A DNA stretch of 64,000 bases from assembly GCA_965261085.1 (NCBI GenBank), contig OZ253442.1, positions 704,001-768,000 of the forward strand, written 5' to 3'. Positions 38,685 through 49,224 of the stretch are shown here, in pieces. Origin of the DNA: a bacterium (lineage in GTDB: Bacteria > UBA8248). The number at the start of each line of letters is the position of its first letter. The stretch's first letter is position 1. The position numbers and the translations under genes were made by a program. Below the pieces are notes generated by a model. That model was not told the DNA's origin. It did no database searches and saw only the letters and a program-made list of their open reading frames with translations.

Positions 38685-41093
38685 TTGAACGCCTACCGCA
38701 GGATTTGTGCCAAAATCATCTTGGCGCTCGCGCTGGGGTTTTCCCTGTTCGAACTCTACACCGTGGGTTTCGGGATTCTCTCCCCGTTCGCGCAGCGCGC
38801 GACCATGCTCACCTTTGCGAGCGTGCTGGTCTTCTTGACGAAACCGATGCTGGATTGGGACAAGCGCGAGGACGTGGCCCCGCCCGCCCGCGCGTTCGCT
38901 ATCGGGTGGGACGCGCTCCTCATCGGCCTTGCCCTGTATTCCTGCATCTACCTCGTCACAGAAGAAGAGGCGCTGGCGGACAGGAGCGGGGCTGAAACCA
39001 CGCTCGACCTCATCGTCGCAGGGCTCGGTCCCGTCATGCTGCTCGAGATGGTGCGCCGCGCGGCGGGCATCCCCCTGTTCCTAGTGACGCTGTGCATCGT
39101 GGTCTACTCCTACCTGGGCGACGTGACGCTCATCTTTTACTCGGGCGTCGTCATATTCTTAGGGTTAAAGCGATTCGCGGATATTAAAATCGCCTGGGGC
39201 TTCGTTATCCTCGCCGTCTTATTTTTGCTCCTGCCCGGACGCGGTTTTCTCGATCCCGCCATCTATACTTTCAAGGGCGAGGAGCACAGCCGGCTGGCCG
39301 CCTACCTGTGGCTCACCTCGGAGGGCACGTTCGGCACCATCTCGGCCATCATGAGCGAGTTCATCTTCATCTTTATTTTGTTCTCAGCCCTCCTGGAAGC
39401 GACGGGTACCGGGCAGATACTCATCAACCTGGCCTTCGCGCTCACGGGCCGTTTCCGCGGAGGACCCGCACAGGCGGCCGTCGTCGCCAGTTCGATGTTC
39501 GGCATGGTCTCGGGCTCCACGATGGCCAACGTGGTGAGTACGGGCACGTTCACGATACCACTGATGATCCGCACCGGGTTCTCGCGCCTGTTCGCGGGCG
39601 CGGTGGAGGCGGTGGCCTCCTGCGGCGGGCAAATCGTGCCGCCCATCATGGGCGCGAGCGTCTTCATCATGTCCGAGATCATCGAGGTGCCTTACGTCTA
39701 CTTGATGCTCTACGGGTTGATTCCCGCTTTTCTCTATTACTTCAGTCTTTCCACGTCGATTTATTTCGAAGCGCGCAGGCTCGGCTTGGAGAGAATGGAC
39801 GCTTCTCAGATACCCGACGCCCGGGAGCAGGTGCAGCAGGGGGGCTACCTTCTGATCCCCGTGCTGATCCTGCTGGCCAGCATCGTGAGCGGCGAGACGC
39901 CGGGCCTGGCGGGATACAAGGCGGTGGTCTCCCTCCTGGTCATGGTGGACATGGTGCGCTCGCTCAGGCTCATCCGGGCGAGGTGGGGGAATCGGTGCGT
40001 CTATCTGGCGGGCGCTCTGATTCTGGCGGCCATCTTCTTCGCTTTCGGGCCGATAAGCGCACCCGGTGTCATTTCTCAGAACGTCGCCCTTCCCATGTGG
40101 GGAGAGGTTCCGCTGCACAGGCTGGCCCTGGTGTTGCTCGGGGTCTGCTTCGCGCTGGTTCCGGGGTGGAGGGGTCTGCCGATTATATTCCCCATCGCGC
40201 TGGGTCTGGCGCGCTGGAAGATACCCACCGAACTCTCGTGGATGGGGCAGATTCCCTTCATCGGGCTTTTGCTGCCCATCGCGTTGTTTTGTATGGCGGT
40301 TTATCTGATCGCGCTGCCCGTGTTCCGTGCGGGGGAGACGCCCGACGCGAAAAAAAGCGCTGGCGACTTGGGCCGCGCCGTACTCGATAGCCTGGAGAAG
40401 GGAGCCAAAAACTCCCTGGGATTGGTCGCGGCCACGTCCGCCATCGGACTCATCGTCGGCCTTTTGGTGCTCGCCGCGGTCGGTGTGCGTATATCGATTC
40501 TGGTCACGGAGATGGCGGCGACGTCTTTGTTCCTCGCGTTTTTCCTGGTGATGATCGCCTCGCTCGTGATGGGCATGGGGCTGCCGACCATCGCCGCCTA
40601 TTTATTGTTGGTGATTGTGGTGGCGCCCTCGGTCACCAGTCTGGGCGCGCCGCTGGTGGCCGCGCACTTTTTTATCTTCTATTTCGGGGTCATCAGTTCC
40701 ATCACGCCGCCGGTGGCGCTGGCCGCCTATGGCGCGTCCGGCATATCGGGCGCGAACCCGATGCAGACGGGATTCACCGCCTGCAGGCTGGCCATCACCG
40801 CCTTCATCGTGCCCTACCTGTTCGTGTACTACCCCGAACTCCTGTTGCTTCAAGGGACGTTCTGGACGGTGGCCTACCGCCTGGCCGTCAGTTGCGCAGG
40901 CATTGCGCTTCTCTCGATGGCGACGATGGGATTCGGCAGAGCGCCCATGAACGCCGCCATGCGAACCGTGATGACAGGCGCATCCCTGCTCCTGTTCCTG
41001 GGGCCGGCATGGCTGCACGTTCTGGGACTGGCCGCAGGGGGTGTGGTCTTGTTCCGGCAAAAGGTGGATACGAGCGCGGCGAGCAATTCTTGA
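38685..41093 (+). CDS. TRAP fused permease (4TM/12TM)
   Basis: GGPAQAAVVAS..FGMVSGS..ANVVSTG.FTIP, GGQIVPPIMG, GMGLPT, ITPPVALA. Confidence 0.93.
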   Translation: MNAYRRICAKIILALALGFSLFELYTVGFGILSPFAQRATMLTFASVLVFLTKPMLDWDKREDVAPPARAFAIGWDALLIGLALYSCIYLVTEEEALADRSGAETTLDLIVAGLGPVMLLEMVRRAAGIPLFLVTLCIVVYSYLGDVTLIFYSGVVIFLGLKRFADIKIAWGFVILAVLFLLLPGRGFLDPAIYTFKGEEHSRLAAYLWLTSEGTFGTISAIMSEFIFIFILFSALLEATGTGQILINLAFALTGRFRGGPAQAAVVASSMFGMVSGSTMANVVSTGTFTIPLMIRTGFSRLFAGAVEAVASCGGQIVPPIMGASVFIMSEIIEVPYVYLMLYGLIPAFLYYFSLSTSIYFEARRLGLERMDASQIPDAREQVQQGGYLLIPVLILLASIVSGETPGLAGYKAVVSLLVMVDMVRSLRLIRARWGNRCVYLAGALILAAIFFAFGPISAPGVISQNVALPMWGEVPLHRLALVLLGVCFALVPGWRGLPIIFPIALGLARWKIPTELSWMGQIPFIGLLLPIALFCMAVYLIALPVFRAGETPDAKKSAGDLGRAVLDSLEKGAKNSLGLVAATSAIGLIVGLLVLAAVGVRISILVTEMAATSLFLAFFLVMIASLVMGMGLPTIAAYLLLVIVVAPSVTSLGAPLVAAHFFIFYFGVISSITPPVALAAYGASGISGANPMQTGFTACRLAITAFIVPYLFVYYPELLLLQGTFWTVAYRLAVSCAGIALLSMATMGFGRAPMNAAMRTVMTGASLLLFLGPAWLHVLGLAAGGVVLFRQKVDTSAASNS

Positions 41094-41151
41094 GTGAATA
41101 AACAGGCTTTGCGCGCCCCGCATCGGGGTAGATGTCGCGACGGAGAACGCG

Positions 41152-42759
41152 CTACTCGACGCCCGCCTTTTCGGCTTTTTCGGGAAAGAGCGCCGCGTGG
41201 GTTTCCTCGAACAGATGTTTCCCCACGGCGAGTTGCATGGTGGCCGGCATGACCTTTTTCGCGAGCCTTATCATCTGTGTCGATTTATCGCGGATATCCC
41301 ACTGCGCATGTGGGTCTTCCCTGAGCCTCGATACGTGGTAGAGCTCGCGCGCGTTCGATGAGAACAGCACGCGGCGCTTGTGCGCGTTCGTGAGCACATA
41401 GGGCGCGGCCAGTGGTGTTTGCTCGGCGATTTTCTCGTACGCAGCGTTGGTTTCATCCACAGCGGCCTGAAATTCGGGCACGGCGCCCGCCTCGGCGATG
41501 GCGGGCGGCATGGTCACGCCCAATGCGATGTCGTAGGGCTGGGTGTTCAGGGTGGACATGCGGTGGCGTTTTAACTGCCCGAAACACGCGGCTGAGAGCG
41601 TCACCTCGAACACGCAGCGCACGTTCTCGAATTCGCGGAGGACGGCGTCGTGTCCGCGCATGAGCTTGAAGGTGGAGGCGATGAAGCGCGTGCGCTCATC
41701 CTCGCTCATGTCCCGGGTCGCCGCTTTGCAGCGCGACATGGTTTTTCCAGAGGATGAATGGAGAAGGGCCGCGGCGATGAGCGCGTCCGCGTCCGGGGTG
41801 GCGTCGATGAGTGAGACGTCTTTTTCCTCGGCGATGGGTGGAATCGGTTCGAGTTCCTCGCCGGTTCGCCAGAAGATGTCCGAAGCCGTCTCCCGGAGCG
41901 CCGCCCGGGTGTGGGTGTTGAATTCGGTGGGGTCGGTGTATTTCACCAAAGAGGGTGCTACGCCCTTGATGGAATCGTACAGACGACGCCCGTATTCGCG
42001 AACCTCCGCGAGAGGGTGGGAGGCGCAGCGGCAGATGACGTGCTCCAAGCTCCTCGCGCTGAGCGTCATGCCGATTTGTGATTCCGTGGCGAAAGAAACG
42101 ATGTAGCGCGCGTCTTCCTTGGCCCAGCCTTCGAGCGTCTTGTGGTTTCTTTTCTTGGCGGCGAGTTCCGGGTTCTGGTCGAACACCCAGGGTCTGAGCT
42201 TCTCGTAAAGCGCGTGGTAGCAGGCGTTCTGGGTTTTTATCGTCCGCACGAAGAGGTTCTTGAGACCTGCGTTTTCGATTTCTTCAGGGATGACGAAGTC
42301 GTCTTCGAGCAAAATGTAGCGCTGGCTCTTTTCGGTGTAAGCCAGGAGCCTGAACTTCTGGATCTCCTCCACCGCGTAGCGGCTCACGCCGATGACATCG
42401 ATGTTGAAGATCGCGTGTTCGGCCACGGAACTGTGCCCGTAACCGAAGATGATGTTCTGGTTGCTCTTGCGCGCCTTTTCCACCTCGACGCGCGCGATGG
42501 CGCGAAGCTCGTCGATGGGCCGCGGATCCCGGCTGATGCGCGCGTAGGACGCGCTGATGGGTTCGGGCGTCAGGTTGTCGCGATCGAGAAAATCGGCGGC
42601 CCTGCGCTGGAGTTCCGCCGCCTGCGCGCGCAGTTCCGCCTCGCTCATGGCGTCGAGGCGGTTCTCCTCCCAGCCGTGGGCGGCAGGTTCGAGTATCTCT
42701 TTTTTCATCTGGCGGAGCACGTCGACGTCTACGTTGTGACCGGCGAGAACGATGCGCAT
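41152..42759 (-). CDS. thyX: FAD-dependent thymidylate synthase, tandem two-domain form
   Basis: YARISR, GYGHSSVAEH, EKSQRY, EDARY, QLKRHR, HAQWDIR. Confidence 0.88.
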   Translation of the reverse strand: MRIVLAGHNVDVDVLRQMKKEILEPAAHGWEENRLDAMSEAELRAQAAELQRRAADFLDRDNLTPEPISASYARISRDPRPIDELRAIARVEVEKARKSNQNIIFGYGHSSVAEHAIFNIDVIGVSRYAVEEIQKFRLLAYTEKSQRYILLEDDFVIPEEIENAGLKNLFVRTIKTQNACYHALYEKLRPWVFDQNPELAAKKRNHKTLEGWAKEDARYIVSFATESQIGMTLSARSLEHVICRCASHPLAEVREYGRRLYDSIKGVAPSLVKYTDPTEFNTHTRAALRETASDIFWRTGEELEPIPPIAEEKDVSLIDATPDADALIAAALLHSSSGKTMSRCKAATRDMSEDERTRFIASTFKLMRGHDAVLREFENVRCVFEVTLSAACFGQLKRHRMSTLNTQPYDIALGVTMPPAIAEAGAVPEFQAAVDETNAAYEKIAEQTPLAAPYVLTNAHKRRVLFSSNARELYHVSRLREDPHAQWDIRDKSTQMIRLAKKVMPATMQLAVGKHLFEETHAALFPEKAEKAGVE

Positions 42760-42978
42760 GGGAGAAAGCCGTTTTCGAGGGCGGGGTAATCTTCAAAATG
42801 TATCGAAGCGCCATTATGAACCTTGAGCCGCCAAAGAACAAGAGGAAAATGAGAGAACGCCCCCCCCCGGTGTGTTCCCACTCGATGTCTCTGCTCCTTA
42901 GTTGCGGTTGTTCAAAGGTTTTGGGATGATACTTCAAATAATTGCCGCTGACGGCACGGCGCGCGTCGCGCGCCCCTC

Positions 42979-44376
42979 ATGGGAAAGAGGAGATACGTGA
43001 ACTCTCTCATCGCCCGAACCATCCTCGTAGTCACTACCCTTGCATGTTTCGGTTTGGATATCGCCGCATCCGAGGCCGGACGTCCGCGCAAGCGTCCCCC
43101 GCCGATGGTGTCCGTGGCGAAGGTGATCGAGCGCCAGGTGAGAAGCCGCCTCACCGCCGTGGGCAGCGTGGCGCCCTACCGCCGCTCTATCGTGAGCAGC
43201 GAACTCGAAGGCCGGGTGCAGTCTGCCCCGCTCCAGGTGGGCGATTTCGTCCGCGCGAACAAGACGATTCTCGCCACGGTGCAGCGCTCGGGTCTCCAGA
43301 TTGACCTGCGCATCCTGCGGGCGGAACTCGAAAAAGCGCGCCAGGATTTGTTGCGCCTGGAACGCGGCAAGCGCCCGGAGGAGATCGCGGCGCTTCAGGC
43401 GAAAGTGCGCGAGCGCGAAGCGCAGATGAGGAACAACGAGCTCGAACTGAACCGCGCGCGGGATCTGTATGAGAAAAAAATACTGGACAAGGCCAGCCTC
43501 GACCGCGCCGAGGCCGCCTACGAGGCCAGTTGGCAGTTGTACGAGGAGGCCTCCCGCAATCTGGACATCGCCAAACTCGGTCCCAGGGATGAGGAAAAGG
43601 CCAGCGCCAGGGCGGAGGTGGACCGGATGCGGGCGCGGATAGCCCGGGTGCGCGACGATCTGGCCAAGACGAAGATTCGCTCCCCGCTCACGGGCTTTGT
43701 TACCCAGGAGTGGGTGGAAGTCGGCCAGTGGCTGACCAAGGGGGGCCGTGTGGCCGAGGTCATCGAACTCGACAGGGTGCTGGTGCAGGCCCCGATTGCG
43801 GAGCGGCGCATATCCCTGGTGCGCGTAGGAGATGAGGCGCGCGTCGTCATCGACGCCTTGGGGGGACGGATTTTCAAGGGCCGGGTGCGCGGCGTTATCC
43901 CCCAGGCGGACCCCAAGAGCCGCACCTTCCCGGTGGAAGTCGAAATAAAGAACACCAAATCCTATGACTTAAAGGCCGGCATGTTCGCCCGCCTGAGCCT
44001 CGAATACGGTAAGGCGGCCAGGATGGTTCTGGTGCCCAAGGACGCGTTGATCCTGAGAGCGCGGGGAGCTTCTGTTTTCGTCTTCGGGAACGGGCGCGTT
44101 CGCGAGGTTTCCTTCGCGCAGGGCCGAAGCGTGGATTCTTTTACGGAAGTTCCGGGCGGCGCGCTCAAGGCCGGCATGCAGGTGGTGGTGAAGGGGAACG
44201 AGAACCTGAGAGCCGGTATGCCCGTTCGCCTTCAGGGACAGGGCGGATGGCCCGGCAGGGCGCGCGGCCCCGGAGGCGGCGGCCCCCCAAGAGGCGGTGC
44301 TCCTCGCGGAGGCGGCCCCCGAAAAGGCGAGAAACCCGCTGCGAATGCTGCGCCCAAACGAAAAGCCGGGGGATGA
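42979..44376 (+). CDS. RND efflux periplasmic adaptor subunit
   Basis: Signal/anchor, lipoyl halves (VGDFV, IRSPLTG), coiled coil, DPKSRTFPV, LKAGMFAR. Confidence 0.92.
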   Translation: MGKRRYVNSLIARTILVVTTLACFGLDIAASEAGRPRKRPPPMVSVAKVIERQVRSRLTAVGSVAPYRRSIVSSELEGRVQSAPLQVGDFVRANKTILATVQRSGLQIDLRILRAELEKARQDLLRLERGKRPEEIAALQAKVREREAQMRNNELELNRARDLYEKKILDKASLDRAEAAYEASWQLYEEASRNLDIAKLGPRDEEKASARAEVDRMRARIARVRDDLAKTKIRSPLTGFVTQEWVEVGQWLTKGGRVAEVIELDRVLVQAPIAERRISLVRVGDEARVVIDALGGRIFKGRVRGVIPQADPKSRTFPVEVEIKNTKSYDLKAGMFARLSLEYGKAARMVLVPKDALILRARGASVFVFGNGRVREVSFAQGRSVDSFTEVPGGALKAGMQVVVKGNENLRAGMPVRLQGQGGWPGRARGPGGGGPPRGGAPRGGGPRKGEKPAANAAPKRKAGG

Positions 44377-44457
44377 TGCGGCTGTGTCTCAAGTCGGTCA
44401 GCCGTCTGTAATGGTGTAAATAGGCCCGCCTCTTGATGAATTTTTAAGCTTGAATTT

Positions 44458-45237
44458 TTATGCGGCCATGAGTATACGTTCGAGTTCATCTGGTCGAGAC
44501 CAAAGAGCTATCTCCGAGTGTTGCTCCACCAATCTGAAATCTTCTTCCCGCCATACGTCTTCTGTGTCGTCAAAGAGAGAAATCAGCCCTAAATGAGATT
44601 GACTGACTTTTAGATGATTAAGATCGACACACCCCGCGAGGACGTGTTCCGTAATCCCTCGCGCCGCCCCCCGAGAGCCAGTGCTCAGCAAAAAAATAAG
44701 TGAAGTGCGGTCATTCGTACGGGTTTGGTAGTCAACTACCCAGTGTCGTCCCGATCTACCGTTTAGTTTTACACCCCGATCAAAAGGGATCTCTTTTTCA
44801 AGGAGCCACTCGTTTACTTCGTCCATAACTGTTTCAACTGCCCGCGTACGCAGCGTGAACCACAAGTCAGAAACGCGCACGGCTGCCTGCGCGAGACGGA
44901 GGATTGACTCCCCTAGAATATTGACTGTTTCGGATCGTAGTATGAGTTGGCCACGATACAGTTCTACACCCAATGTCTGGCATGTATCATGGACCATGCG
45001 ATTCTGCTTTGGAGACCGTTTCTTACTCAAGGATTGCATACGCAACCAGCCCAGAGTCTCTCCGAAATCGGTCACATGGTAGTGTCCATCTTTCTCTACT
45101 ACGAACACATCCACCATGCCTCCGTCGGGATACATGAGCGGAGTGCGCACGCGCATACCCTCGTGCGGAGCAGATGAGCACTCGAACAGAGGAGGCAGCG
45201 TTGTTCGAATAGAATCACACAGTTTCTCTATGTTCAT
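44458..45237 (-). CDS. DUF1828/DUF1829-like protein
   Basis: VRTPLMYPDGG.VDVF, VTDFGETL.WL, KLNGRSGR.W.VD; start overlaps upstream stop (ATGA). Confidence 0.75.
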   Translation of the reverse strand: MNIEKLCDSIRTTLPPLFECSSAPHEGMRVRTPLMYPDGGMVDVFVVEKDGHYHVTDFGETLGWLRMQSLSKKRSPKQNRMVHDTCQTLGVELYRGQLILRSETVNILGESILRLAQAAVRVSDLWFTLRTRAVETVMDEVNEWLLEKEIPFDRGVKLNGRSGRHWVVDYQTRTNDRTSLIFLLSTGSRGAARGITEHVLAGCVDLNHLKVSQSHLGLISLFDDTEDVWREEDFRLVEQHSEIALWSRPDELERILMAA

Positions 45238-45689
45238 ATCGGCAACTCCTCTTGGATGCCGAGCGGATACATTCTTCCCTTGTGTTGAATATTCGCCTCC
45301 GCACAGAACTGGCTCCAAACTTCCATTGGTTGATTCCAAGGCGCGGTAATGTCCTCAGGCACATACGCTTGTTTATCGCGAAAGCCCTCCTGCCAGCGAT
45401 GCTTATGTTTTTCACCTATGCGATTGCAATCTGGATTATGGTGGTCGGCCCCTAGGTCGAGCGCATAAATCCGACCCGCGCTACGATGAACAAGAGCGTA
45501 AGATAAAGTCCCAGTAAGGTAGTTGTAGCGACCAATCAAGAAAAGAGGATAGCCAGCCTCAGATTCGACATTTACCCTAAACTCACGTGCAGGAGAGTGA
45601 TCCTCGTCTTCAGTCCATTTAATTCCTTCGACAATTGACTTAGTGTCGTCGTCAAGGATTGTCTCGAATTCCTGTTGACTAATCGTCAT
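45234..45689 (-). CDS. DUF6978-like His-rich protein
   Basis: LD...HHNPD...I...HKH.W.EG...AY.P, FC..ANI motifs. Confidence 0.7.
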   Translation of the reverse strand: MTISQQEFETILDDDTKSIVEGIKWTEDEDHSPAREFRVNVESEAGYPLFLIGRYNYLTGTLSYALVHRSAGRIYALDLGADHHNPDCNRIGEKHKHRWQEGFRDKQAYVPEDITAPWNQPMEVWSQFCAEANIQHKGRMYPLGIQEELPI

Positions 45690-45928
45690 GAATCTTTCCT
45701 TTTTTTCAGAATTCACCCCAATAACGATGCTACCAGACATCGTCCAGAACTCTGTAGTTAGTTTTTCCATGCGGGGATTATGGCATGGCGAATGAGATAA
45801 TCAACCTTCTTTCCGAGGTATGGCCCTTGCCGCACGAATGGGATATCCTATCCAAGAGCCAATAGGCAAGGTGAACGCCGTTTCACCCTGAGGGACTCAA
45901 AAGCAGAGCCGCCGAAGAAGGAGAGGGC

Positions 45929-48900
45929 ATGAATCTGCCCCGCGCGAGCGTCAAATACCCCGTGACGACCACCGTCGGCGTGATACTGGCGGTGCTCTTC
46001 GGCGCTATCAGCCTCTACCGGATTCCTGTGCAGATGACGCCCACGGTCGACAGGCCCGTCATCACCGTGGAAACCGAATACAAGGGCGCCGCACCCCTCG
46101 AGGTGGAAGAAGAGGTGTCCAAACCCATCGAGGAGAAACTCACCTCGGTGGAGGGCCTCAACCGGATGACCTCGCGCAGCGAGGAGGGTAAATCGCGCGT
46201 CGTCCTCGAGTTCGACTGGGACGTGGACAAGGACGTGGCCCGCCTCGACGTCTCGGAAAAACTGGGACTCGTCCGCAACCTGCCCGATGATTCTGACCGC
46301 TCCACCATCAGCGCCCTCAACTCCGACTCGGAAAACCCCATCGCCTGGGTGATCGTCGAAACCAAACTCCCCATCAACGATGTCCGCGTGGAGGGAGACG
46401 CCGTCATCCGGCCCAAGCTCGAGCGCGTGGAGGGCGTGGGACAGGTGTGGATGTTCGGCGGCCAGGACAGGGAGGTGCGCGTCACGCTCGATTACGCCGC
46501 CATGAGCGCGCGCGGAATCACGGTTACCGCACTGCGAGAAGCCCTGCGGCGCGAGAACAAAAACACCAAGGCGGGAAGGATCGACGAGGGCAAGCGCCGC
46601 TACGCGGTGCGCACGGTGGGCAATTTCACGCGCCTCGATCAGGTGCGCAACACCATCATCGCGCAAAACGGAAACAGCGCGGTCTACCTGCGCGACGTCG
46701 CGAAGGTTTCCTTCGACTACGGGGATCCCGAGCGGCGGATCCGCATCCGGCAAGTGCCGACCATGGGTTTCGGTGTTTTGCGGAAAACGGGCGCCAACAC
46801 CATCGAGGTGATGGCGGGGGTCAAAAAGGCGATCGCCGAGGTCAACGAAATCTACGCGGGGCGCGGCATCAGGCTCAGGCAGGTCTATGACGAGACCGAC
46901 TACATCCACCAGTCCCGCTCCCTGGTGATCAACAACATCTTCGTAGGCGGCGCGCTGGCGATAGGCGTGCTGCTCCTGTTCCTGGGGAGCCTCTCGAGCG
47001 TGATGGTCATCGGCGTCGCCATACCGGTCACCGTCGTCTCCACGTTCATTTTGATTTTCGTGCTGGGCCGCTCCATCAACATCATCTCTCTGGCGGGCAT
47101 GGCGTTTGCCGTCGGCATGGTGGTGGACAACTCCGTCGTGGTGCTGGAGAACATCTTCCGGCACCGCGAGATGGGAAAAACCAAGCGGAACGCCGCAATA
47201 GACGGCGCGCAGGAGGTCTGGGGAGCCGTGCTGGCCTCGACGCTGACCACGCTGGCCGTATTCATCCCCGTGGTGTTCGTCCAGGACGAGTCGGGCCAGC
47301 TCTTCCGCGACATCGCGATCGCCATCAGCGTGGCGGTGGCGCTTTCACTCGTGGTGTCGATCTCCGTGGTTCCGATGCTGAGTTCGCGCATCCTGGGCGA
47401 TGCGGGAACAACCTCCCCGCTGGCCCGCCTGTTCCGACTCCTGGGCGTTTACGCTTTGGGGAGGTTTTGCCGGCGGATCTACGTGGGCACTCTGGGCTGG
47501 CTGCTCAAAGGGGTGATCAGGCGTCTCCTGGTGGCTACGATGATCACGGCGGGCGCCATCGTTCTGGCGGTTCAGTTCTTCCCTCCCATCGACTATCTGC
47601 CCAAGGGCAACCGCAACCTCCTGTTCGCGTTTCTGCGTACGCCTCCGGGCCTGAACCTCGACGAGATGGACAGAATCGTGCGGAACCTCGAGGCGCGGCT
47701 CGCGCGCGTCGAGGAGGTCGACCGTTTTTTCGCCGTGGCGCGCGCGCAAAACCCCATCATCGGCATGATCGTGAAAAAAGAACATTCCGATCTCGACTCC
47801 ATGCGGCGCCTCGTGGGCAAATTGTTCGGAACCCTCCAGGGAACGCCCGGGGTGCGCGCGTTCGTCACCCAGGCGTCGTTGTTCAGGCGGCGCGGTTCGG
47901 GCTTCATCGGCGGGATCAACTTACAGGTCGACATCACCGGAAACAGCCTGAACGAGATTCAGCGCATCGCCGCCGACGTGAGCGCCCGCGCGCGCGGGCT
48001 CGAGGGCGTGCGTTTCGTGAACTCGAGCTTCGACCTCGGAAACCCCGAACTTCAGGTGCACGTGGATCGCCAGAAGGCGACGGAGTTCGGCCTGTCGGTC
48101 TCTGAAATAGGAGGGGTCGTGGAAACGCTCGTGAACGGGACCAAGGCGGGAATTTTCCGCGATCGCGGAGAGGAACTCGACATCATACTGCGCGGGCCGC
48201 TTTCCGATTTCACCAGGACGCAGCGGATATCAGAGATCAAGGTGCACACACCCGAGGGCCAGGTCGTCGCGCTCGGGGACATCGCCGAGGTCCGGGCGGC
48301 TCTGGGGCCGACCAAGGTCGAGCATATCGACCGCGACCGCTCCGTGTCGCTTACGGTCAACATCGGAAACGAACTGCCGCTTCAGGTGGCGATAGACAAG
48401 ATGAAACAAGAAGTCATCGACCCGATGCGCAAGACGCTTCCGCTCGGCTATTCGCTGAACGTGAGCGGACGGGCGAAGGATTTGGAGAGAACCTGGGGGT
48501 CGCTCAAGTGGTCGCTTTTGCTCGCGATTCTGATCACCTATCTGTTGATGGCGGCCTTGTTCGAGGCGTGGAGCTATCCGCTCATCATCATGTTCAGCGT
48601 ACCCTTCGCCGCCACGGGCGGCGTGCTGATGGTGAGCCTCATGAACTCGATAGAATCCTCGGTGAAGATGGACACGCTCACGATGCTGGGCTTCATCATC
48701 CTGACGGGTATCGTGGTGAATAACGCGATTCTGCTTGTCCACCAGGCGCTGAACCATTTCCGCGCAGGTCTCCCCATGCGCGAGGCTATCTTGGAGAGCG
48801 CGCGGGACAGAATGCGCCCCATCTTCATGACGACCACGACGACCGTGCTCGGCATGCTACCCCTGGTGCTCTCCTCAGGTTCGGGCAGCGAACTCTACCG

Positions 48901-49147
48901 GGGGCTGGGCTCGGCCGTGCTGGGCGGACTGGCCATGTCCACGCTGTTCACCTTGTTGCTGATACCGGTCGTCTTCTCCTTGTGGGTGGATTTCCTGGAG
49001 TTCATCCGGCCGGCCGGCTTCGCCGCGGCCGCCGCCGCGCCGAGCGGCGCCAGCGGTGCGCCCTCTGCTCGCGTAAGACCCCGGAAAGCCGTCAACCTCA
49101 TCGAGGAGGAGGAAGAGGAAGCTGGATGCGTCAAGCGAGGAATCTAA
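45929..49147 (+). CDS. RND efflux permease (AcrB/AcrD/AcrF family)
   Basis: 1072 aa; GMVVDNSVVVLENI, GIVVNNAILL, RMRPIFMTT. Confidence 0.95.
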   Translation: MNLPRASVKYPVTTTVGVILAVLFGAISLYRIPVQMTPTVDRPVITVETEYKGAAPLEVEEEVSKPIEEKLTSVEGLNRMTSRSEEGKSRVVLEFDWDVDKDVARLDVSEKLGLVRNLPDDSDRSTISALNSDSENPIAWVIVETKLPINDVRVEGDAVIRPKLERVEGVGQVWMFGGQDREVRVTLDYAAMSARGITVTALREALRRENKNTKAGRIDEGKRRYAVRTVGNFTRLDQVRNTIIAQNGNSAVYLRDVAKVSFDYGDPERRIRIRQVPTMGFGVLRKTGANTIEVMAGVKKAIAEVNEIYAGRGIRLRQVYDETDYIHQSRSLVINNIFVGGALAIGVLLLFLGSLSSVMVIGVAIPVTVVSTFILIFVLGRSINIISLAGMAFAVGMVVDNSVVVLENIFRHREMGKTKRNAAIDGAQEVWGAVLASTLTTLAVFIPVVFVQDESGQLFRDIAIAISVAVALSLVVSISVVPMLSSRILGDAGTTSPLARLFRLLGVYALGRFCRRIYVGTLGWLLKGVIRRLLVATMITAGAIVLAVQFFPPIDYLPKGNRNLLFAFLRTPPGLNLDEMDRIVRNLEARLARVEEVDRFFAVARAQNPIIGMIVKKEHSDLDSMRRLVGKLFGTLQGTPGVRAFVTQASLFRRRGSGFIGGINLQVDITGNSLNEIQRIAADVSARARGLEGVRFVNSSFDLGNPELQVHVDRQKATEFGLSVSEIGGVVETLVNGTKAGIFRDRGEELDIILRGPLSDFTRTQRISEIKVHTPEGQVVALGDIAEVRAALGPTKVEHIDRDRSVSLTVNIGNELPLQVAIDKMKQEVIDPMRKTLPLGYSLNVSGRAKDLERTWGSLKWSLLLAILITYLLMAALFEAWSYPLIIMFSVPFAATGGVLMVSLMNSIESSVKMDTLTMLGFIILTGIVVNNAILLVHQALNHFRAGLPMREAILESARDRMRPIFMTTTTTVLGMLPLVLSSGSGSELYRGLGSAVLGGLAMSTLFTLLLIPVVFSLWVDFLEFIRPAGFAAAAAAPSGASGAPSARVRPRKAVNLIEEEEEEAGCVKRGI

Positions 49148-49224
49148 CCCGTCGTCGATCTCATCTGACTTCTTGATCTTCTCGACCGTGCTATGAGGCA
49201 CGGCAAGATGGTCAAGAGGTCAGG

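Noticed and set aside
47110-47160. DN instead of DD in RND TM4
   Set aside because: Common variant in this RND subgroup, not evidence of inactivation
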